A DNA stretch of 64,000 bases from Octopus vulgaris. Its lineage: Eukaryota. Position 1 is the stretch's first letter. The number at the start of each line of letters is the position of its first letter. Below are positions 56,879 through 64,000 of this stretch, piece after piece. Made by a program: the position numbers and the translations under genes. The stretch lies in the NCBI GenBank assembly GCA_951406725.2, contig OX597819.1:110980001-111044000 (forward strand), read 5' to 3'. The notes beneath the pieces are model-generated. The model saw only the letters and a program-made list of their open reading frames with translations. It was not told where the DNA came from and made no database searches.

Positions 56879-57359
56879 GGTATGAATGCATATATATTTA
56901 TATGTATATGTTTGTATTATGTATTTATGCATGTGTATATATCTATTTATGCACACACATGCATACAAGTATGTGTGTGTATGTGTGCATGTGTGTGCGC
57001 GCGCGTGCGTCCATGCATCAATGAACGGGTGCGTGTGTACCTATAGAACTGTTTTTTTTTTTTTACACATTTTGTCTATGATGCCCCCTAGTAGATTCTG
57101 AATCAAGTGAAACATTGCTCCGTCTCTTTCTCTCTTTCTCTCTGTCTCTCTGTCTCTTTCTCACTCACTCACCTGCTCTATTCCAGCCTCTCTCTCTTCA
57201 TCTTCATCTTTTTCTTACTATGTCTCTATTCTCTTTTCTCCTGTATCTGTCTTAACGCACTCCTGCCAGCCAGCCAGCGTACCAACCCAGCTGCTTGTTC
57301 CCTGCTTAAACAAGTCCCTCCAACTAACTCACGGACATATAGCCATCCGTCCATTTAGC

Positions 57360-58066
57360 CATACATACATACATACATACATACATACATACATACATAC
57401 ATACATACATACATACATACATACATACATACATACATACATACATACATACATACATACATACAAACATACAAACATACATACAAACATACATACATAC
57501 AAACATACATACATACATAAAAACATACATACATACATACATACATACATACAAAAATACATACAAACATACATACATACATACAAACATACATACATAC
57601 ATACAAACATACATACATACATACATACATACATACAAACATACATACATACATACATACATACATACATACATACATACAAACATACATGCAAACATAC
57701 ATACAAACATACATACAAACATACATACAAACATACATACATACATACATACATACATACAAACATACATACATACATACATACATACATACAAACATAC
57801 ATACATACATACATACATACATACAAACATACATACATACAAACATACATACAAACATACATACATACATACATACATACATACAAACATACATACAAAC
57901 ATACATACATACATACATACATACAACACATACATACAAACATACATACATACATACAAACATACACACATACATACATACATACAAACATACATACATA
58001 CATACATACATACATACATAATACATACATACATACATACATTCATACATACATACATACATACAT
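57360..58066. repeat. (CATA)n with CAAA variants, about 700 bp
   Basis: Direct reading. Confidence 0.95.
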
Positions 58067-58164
58067 AAAAAATATTCTACGTTCGTATAAGTGTACGTGT
58101 GTTTGCATACAATGTATACATGTATGCACACACACACACACATACACACACACACACACACACA

Positions 58165-58200
<36 letters not shown>

Positions 58201-58626
58201 AGGAAAATAAGACAAGGTAGAAAAAATATATATATATATATACGTATATGTGTGTGTGTATATATGTATAAATATATATGTGTGTATGTATGTTTATATG
58301 CATATATACATTGACAGACACACAAACACACACACACATACACACGCATTCATTGAAAATCTCTTTATCAATAAATGCTACACATCAAAGTTTCAACGTG
58401 GGTTGTCCCATATGTATTAAGGCACACACATACTCACACGTGAAGTTACACGCGCGTATGCACACACACATACACGCATGCACACATGCTCGCTCGCACA
58501 TGCACACATGCGCGTTCGCACATGCACACAGAGAGACACATACACGCACACGCATACACAAACATATACAGACACTCACACACACACACACACAAAAACG
58601 CAGAGAAGAAAAAGTGAGAAAGAGGG

Positions 58627-59071
<445 letters not shown>

Positions 59072-59347
59072 CAGAGAGAGAGAGTGGGGAGGATTGTATA
59101 TACGTGATACTCTCTGTTATCGCTTTTGGTGTTGCTACTTGCTGCTGGTCGGAGCTATGAAATGCCGGGTTCGATCAAGGCGTCGGGCAGTGGGTTGCAC
59201 ACAGTTCTGGAGGCCCTATTGTACACCATGAATAACAATATATAATTGCAACGACAACGACAACCGCATCGACAACAGGTGGCCGAAAAATAACAATAAA
59301 CCAGTGACAACTCTAAGAAGAACATCACTAACGTAGTCATCATCAGC

Positions 59348-59413
<66 letters not shown>

Positions 59414-59685
59414 CACTACTACTACACTGTGTCGGCGATGGAATTTTTTTTAGTGAGAGATCAGCTAGAAATAGGAACTTCTGACAAAGCAAGCAATGTA
59501 CAGTGCCTTTACCATAGGAATTTACACGTTGAATAATGTAGTCTTAGATACCTCTGTGCCTTAAGGAAATGGTAAATGTCCACGGCTGGAAGGTTTTGTA
59601 TAAATAAGTCTGCTAGTTTAAGGCTAACGTGAGTTTAAACAATAACAGCAGAAAATAGTTAATGATGATGATGATGATGATGATG

Positions 59686-59749
<64 letters not shown>

Positions 59750-59754
<5 letters not shown>

Positions 59755-59921
59755 GTTTTTAATTTTGCCAGAAGAGCAGAAATTTTGGGAGAGGAGATAA
59801 GTCGATTATATAGACCCCATTGTTCAACTGGTACCTAATTTATCGACCCCGAAAGGTTGAAAGGTAAAGTCGACCTCGGCAGAGCGACGAGCGAAATACC
59901 GCTATGCATTTCGTCAAGTGA

Positions 59922-60005
<84 letters not shown>

Positions 60006-60103
60006 GTAATAATAATAATAATAATAATAGTAATAGAAATAATAATAATAATAATAATAATAGTAATAGAAATAATAATAATAATAATAATAATAGTAAT
60101 AGA

Positions 60104-60173
<70 letters not shown>

Positions 60174-60382
60174 GTAATAGTAATCCTTTCCACTAAAGGC
60201 ACAAGGCCTGAAATTTGTACATCGACCCAAGCTTTTTACTGGTACTTATTTTATCGACCCCGAAAGGATGAAAGGCAAGCAAAGTCGACCTCGGCGGAAT
60301 TTGAACTCAAAAGGTAGAGACGGACGAAATGCCGCTAAGCATTTAGCCCGGCGTGGTAACGATTCTACCAGCTTGCAGCCTT
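59750..60382 (-). mobile_element. Two SINE-A variant copies (59750-59920, 60190-60382) separated by (AAT)n
   Basis: Central domain on the minus strand; 3' ends abut (TTA)n. Confidence 0.78.
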
Positions 60383-60388
60383 AATTGC

Positions 60389-60423
<35 letters not shown>

Positions 60424-60574
60424 CGATGACGACGACGACGACGACGATGGCTTCCAATTTTGGTACAAGACCAAATTTAAGAGAAAGTATATGACTAGTG
60501 TCTTATTCGTCACAAAGTAGACAGAAATAAATAAAAAAAACCTCTCCCTTCCACACACGGGAGACAGAAGCAGG

Positions 60575-60619
<45 letters not shown>

Positions 60620-60644
60620 ATCTATATATATATATATATATATA

Positions 60645-60679
<35 letters not shown>

Positions 60680-60756
60680 ATATATATATATATATAGTAG
60701 TTTATATATATATTTATATATGTACATATAAGCATATATATGTGTAAGTATACATA

Positions 60757-60828
<72 letters not shown>

Positions 60829-61094
60829 TATATAACTTTTGTTTGTTTTTACACATTTTCTTAATCATTTAAAATTGTTTTAATTATTAGATTGTGGCCA
60901 TGCAGGAGCACCGCCTGGAAGGGGTTAGTCTAACGAATCAACCTTTTTTTGAAACCCAATACTTACTTCATCGTTCTCTTTTGCCGAACCGCGAAAGTAC
61001 GGCGTGCAATATAAAATCTTTCAAAGATTATTTGAAAAATCACTCAAAGCATTTTAATTCAGCATCTGTTAAAATGCATTGAGTGATCTTTATA

Positions 61095-61138
<44 letters not shown>

Positions 61139-61322
61139 ACACACACACACACATACATATATATGTGAATGTATGTATGTATATACGTATGTAAACATGT
61201 ATACACACACATATAGTACACAAACACATATGTATATATGAACAAACATATACATATTTATGCACATACATATATGTATATATATACTTACTTATATATG
61301 TATATTCATATATATATATACG

Positions 61323-61363
<41 letters not shown>

Positions 61364-61408
61364 TTATCTATATATATATGCATGCATGTATGTATGTAAG
61401 ATGTCTAC

Positions 61409-61452
<44 letters not shown>

Positions 61453-61540
61453 TATGTATGCATATATATGTGTAAGCATATAAACGTACATATATATATG
61501 TATATATACATATAGCTACATACATGCATATATATATATA

Positions 61541-61824
61541 TGGTAAAAAAGTCAAGGTAGAAATTGCTAACATAATTTGATAAGAATCATTTCAGCACCG
61601 GTTTTAGTCATTGAAACTTTTTCAACTGTAAATATGGAAAACAATAAAATTTTAGAAAAATTAGAAGAAAATATTCTTTAAAAAAAACAACTTTTCTCTT
61701 AATTTTTCTAAAATTTAATTGTTTTCCATACTTACAGTTGAAATAGTCTCAATGACTGGAACCGGTACTGAAATGTTTTTTTATAAAATTATTATAGCAT
61801 TTTCTACCTCGACTTTTTTCCATA
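61541..61824. mobile_element. Fold-back element with two divergent HHR variants (61593-61628 minus, 61735-61770 plus)
   Basis: Arms about 130 bp; combined consensus CAG-TTGAAAA-AGTC TCAAT GACT-GAAAC CG GT-A-CTG; (TA)n flank. Confidence 0.65.
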
Positions 61825-61854
61825 TATATCAACTCGTGTGTTCCTTTTCGACGT

Positions 61855-61974
<120 letters not shown>

Positions 61975-62346
61975 CATACAGACATACATACGAAAAAGCT
62001 TGTCGGAAGTGCTTTCCAATATTTATTCTGAATGAATTTGTTTTGCGTTTAAAATCCATCACAGTGGACTTTACTTTCTTTCTTTCCGTGGTCGATGTTA
62101 ATTCACGACATGTATTATCTCTCTGACTCTCTGCGTTCCGGTTTCAAATCTCACCTTCATATTACCTGCGTAGCAGAAATCTGAATTTCCTACAGTTAAA
62201 CCTCCGGCATCCTAACCTATCGGGCGAATTTAATAGAATCCGTTCTGCAGTAAATATTCAGGAGCGATCTTAACTCGACCTTCTTCCTCCTTCTCTCGCA
62301 CCGGTGTCGGAACCCTGTAAGATACGACGGTCACTGCCCTTCCCAC

Positions 62347-62580
62347 AACCCTTCCGTTACCAACCCGGCTGAAACCGGCTCTGACACTGAGTACAAATGC
62401 CTTTGTTTTCATAAGTTTTGAATTAAAATCTTCCACGGAACCTTAGTCACAGTTTATGTTCCTAACACTAGCTTAATGATAACTTTTTTTTTATTTTACT
62501 AAATTCTTTGTTATATTTAAAATAATTGAAAGAAACAAAAAACATTTCAAAATAAATACAGGGATAAAACATGTTTATAC
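62347..62580 (+). mobile_element. Possible piggyBac-like MITE end
   Basis: AACCCTTCCGTTACCAACCCGGCTGAAACCGG start resembles a TTAA-CCCT terminus; partner TIR not seen. Confidence 0.3.
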
Positions 62581-62727
62581 ACAAACACACATATACACAC
62601 ACGCGTGCGCACATTTGTATATTTACACATGCATGTGTGTGTGTGTGCATATATATATTTATATATATATACACATACACACACAGAGACTGAGAAAACG
62701 TGTAAGAGGAAGATGCATACATACTTG

Positions 62728-62808
<81 letters not shown>

Positions 62809-62837
62809 CAGACAGAGAGAGAGAGAGAGAGAGAGAG

Positions 62838-62994
62838 AGCGGCGAGGTGGCTTTTACGTTAGCATACCGGGCGAAATACTTAACGGCATTTCGTCTGCAT
62901 TTACGCTCTGAGTTCGAATTCCACCGAGATCGATTTTGCCTTTCATCCTTTCGGCGTCGATTAAATAAATACCAGCCCCCTGTGGGCAATAAAG

Positions 62995-62998
<4 letters not shown>
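62838..62998 (+). mobile_element. SINE family A, internally deleted
   Basis: Head, central domain and tail GTGGGCAATAAAGAAAT. Confidence 0.8.
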
Positions 62999-63029
<31 letters not shown>

Positions 63030-63419
63030 CACACACATACCCTCACACAATGCGCATATATATATATATATATATATGTATATCTGTATATGTATATCAA
63101 TATTTGGGGATGGGTATAACATTTTTTCAGCTGATCTTTTTGACTGTTATTGTGATGCCCCGTGGGCGATTCCTTGTGGAGAATTTTATCCCATTAAACT
63201 ATGGGACATGGGGTAACGTATGTATGTATGTATGTATGTATGTATGTATGTATGTATGTATGTATGTATGTATGTATGTATGTATGTATGTATGTATGTA
63301 TGTATGTATGTATGTATGTATGTATGTATGTATGTATGTTTGTATGTGTGTGTGTGTGTATGTATGTCAGTTTGTACGTATGTGTATGTGGATGGATATA
63401 TGTAGAATACATTTAGCGC

Positions 63420-63715
63420 AAATGTCTTCTAATCTGATTCTCGGCCCGACCAAAGTTTTCCGAGTGGATTTAGTAGACGGAAACTGAAAGAATCCCGTCG
63501 TATATGTGTGTTTTTGTGTTTTTGTGTGTCTTTGTGTCTCCTACCACTGCTTGACAACCAGTGTGGGTGCACCTTACGTGCCTGTAACTTAGCGGTTTGG
63601 CAAAAGAGGATGATGGAATAAATACCAGGCTTTAAAAATAGTTCTGGGGTCGATTCGTTCGCCAAAAGTTCTTCGAAGCGGTGCTCCCGCATGGCCGTAG
63701 TCAGATTACTAAAAT
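63420..63715 (+). mobile_element. SINE family B, 5'-truncated
   Basis: GTGGATTTAGTAGACGGAAACTGAAAGAATCCCGTCG...GCGGTGCTCCCGCATGGCCG. Confidence 0.8.
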
Positions 63716-64000
63716 GAGCAGACGATAGAAATAAACTAAGAGAAGATTAAAATACGTGAACGCATACACATACATGCAATGATATTCTGACGTGTTTAAG
63801 AATACTCACTGCTACAACAGTCAATATATCTGAAAATTCTTCTGAGTGGCCAGTCAATATGCTAAAAATAGTAGCTACTGTTCCCTCAAAAATCTCATAT
63901 TTTGCTACGACATGACACTTTGTTACAATATTAGTGCTACATAACGTTCGCGGGTAAAGAATGTTTATTGATCGTTGGGACTACAGGACAATTATTGACC

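Overview
Eukaryotic, AT-rich, non-genic (intergenic or deep intronic) DNA saturated with microsatellites ((TA)n, (CA)n, (TATG)n, (GATA)n, (TAA)n, (CCA)n) and decayed mobile elements. The repeat landscape resembles a coleoid cephalopod such as Octopus (inference from pattern recognition, not a search). No host protein-coding exon could be supported, and nearly all ORFs in the supplied track are microsatellite translations. Recognisable elements are: many copies of about four tRNA-derived SINE families; remnants of at least four Penelope-like elements (PLEs; RT and GIY-YIG motifs, including a 2.7-kb copy bracketed by about 280-bp inverted repeats); two R4/Dong-type RLE-endonuclease LINE ends sitting in (TAA)n; CR1/L2 and RTE fragments; a mariner pseudogene; Tc1/mariner MITEs; and a non-autonomous Helitron. 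The main hidden signal is a dense set of about 15 minimal type-I hammerhead ribozyme (HHR) motifs in short PLE-derived elements inserted into (TA)n. These often occur as head-to-head fold-backs and show core variants (A6U, U3-A8, U4C) and palindromic stem III. There is also a repeat family that may encode a permuted or pseudoknotted hammerhead, and a PLE GIY-YIG domain split by an in-frame S/N/G/T-rich insert of about 190 codons. All structures were read by eye, and coordinates of decayed elements are approximate.
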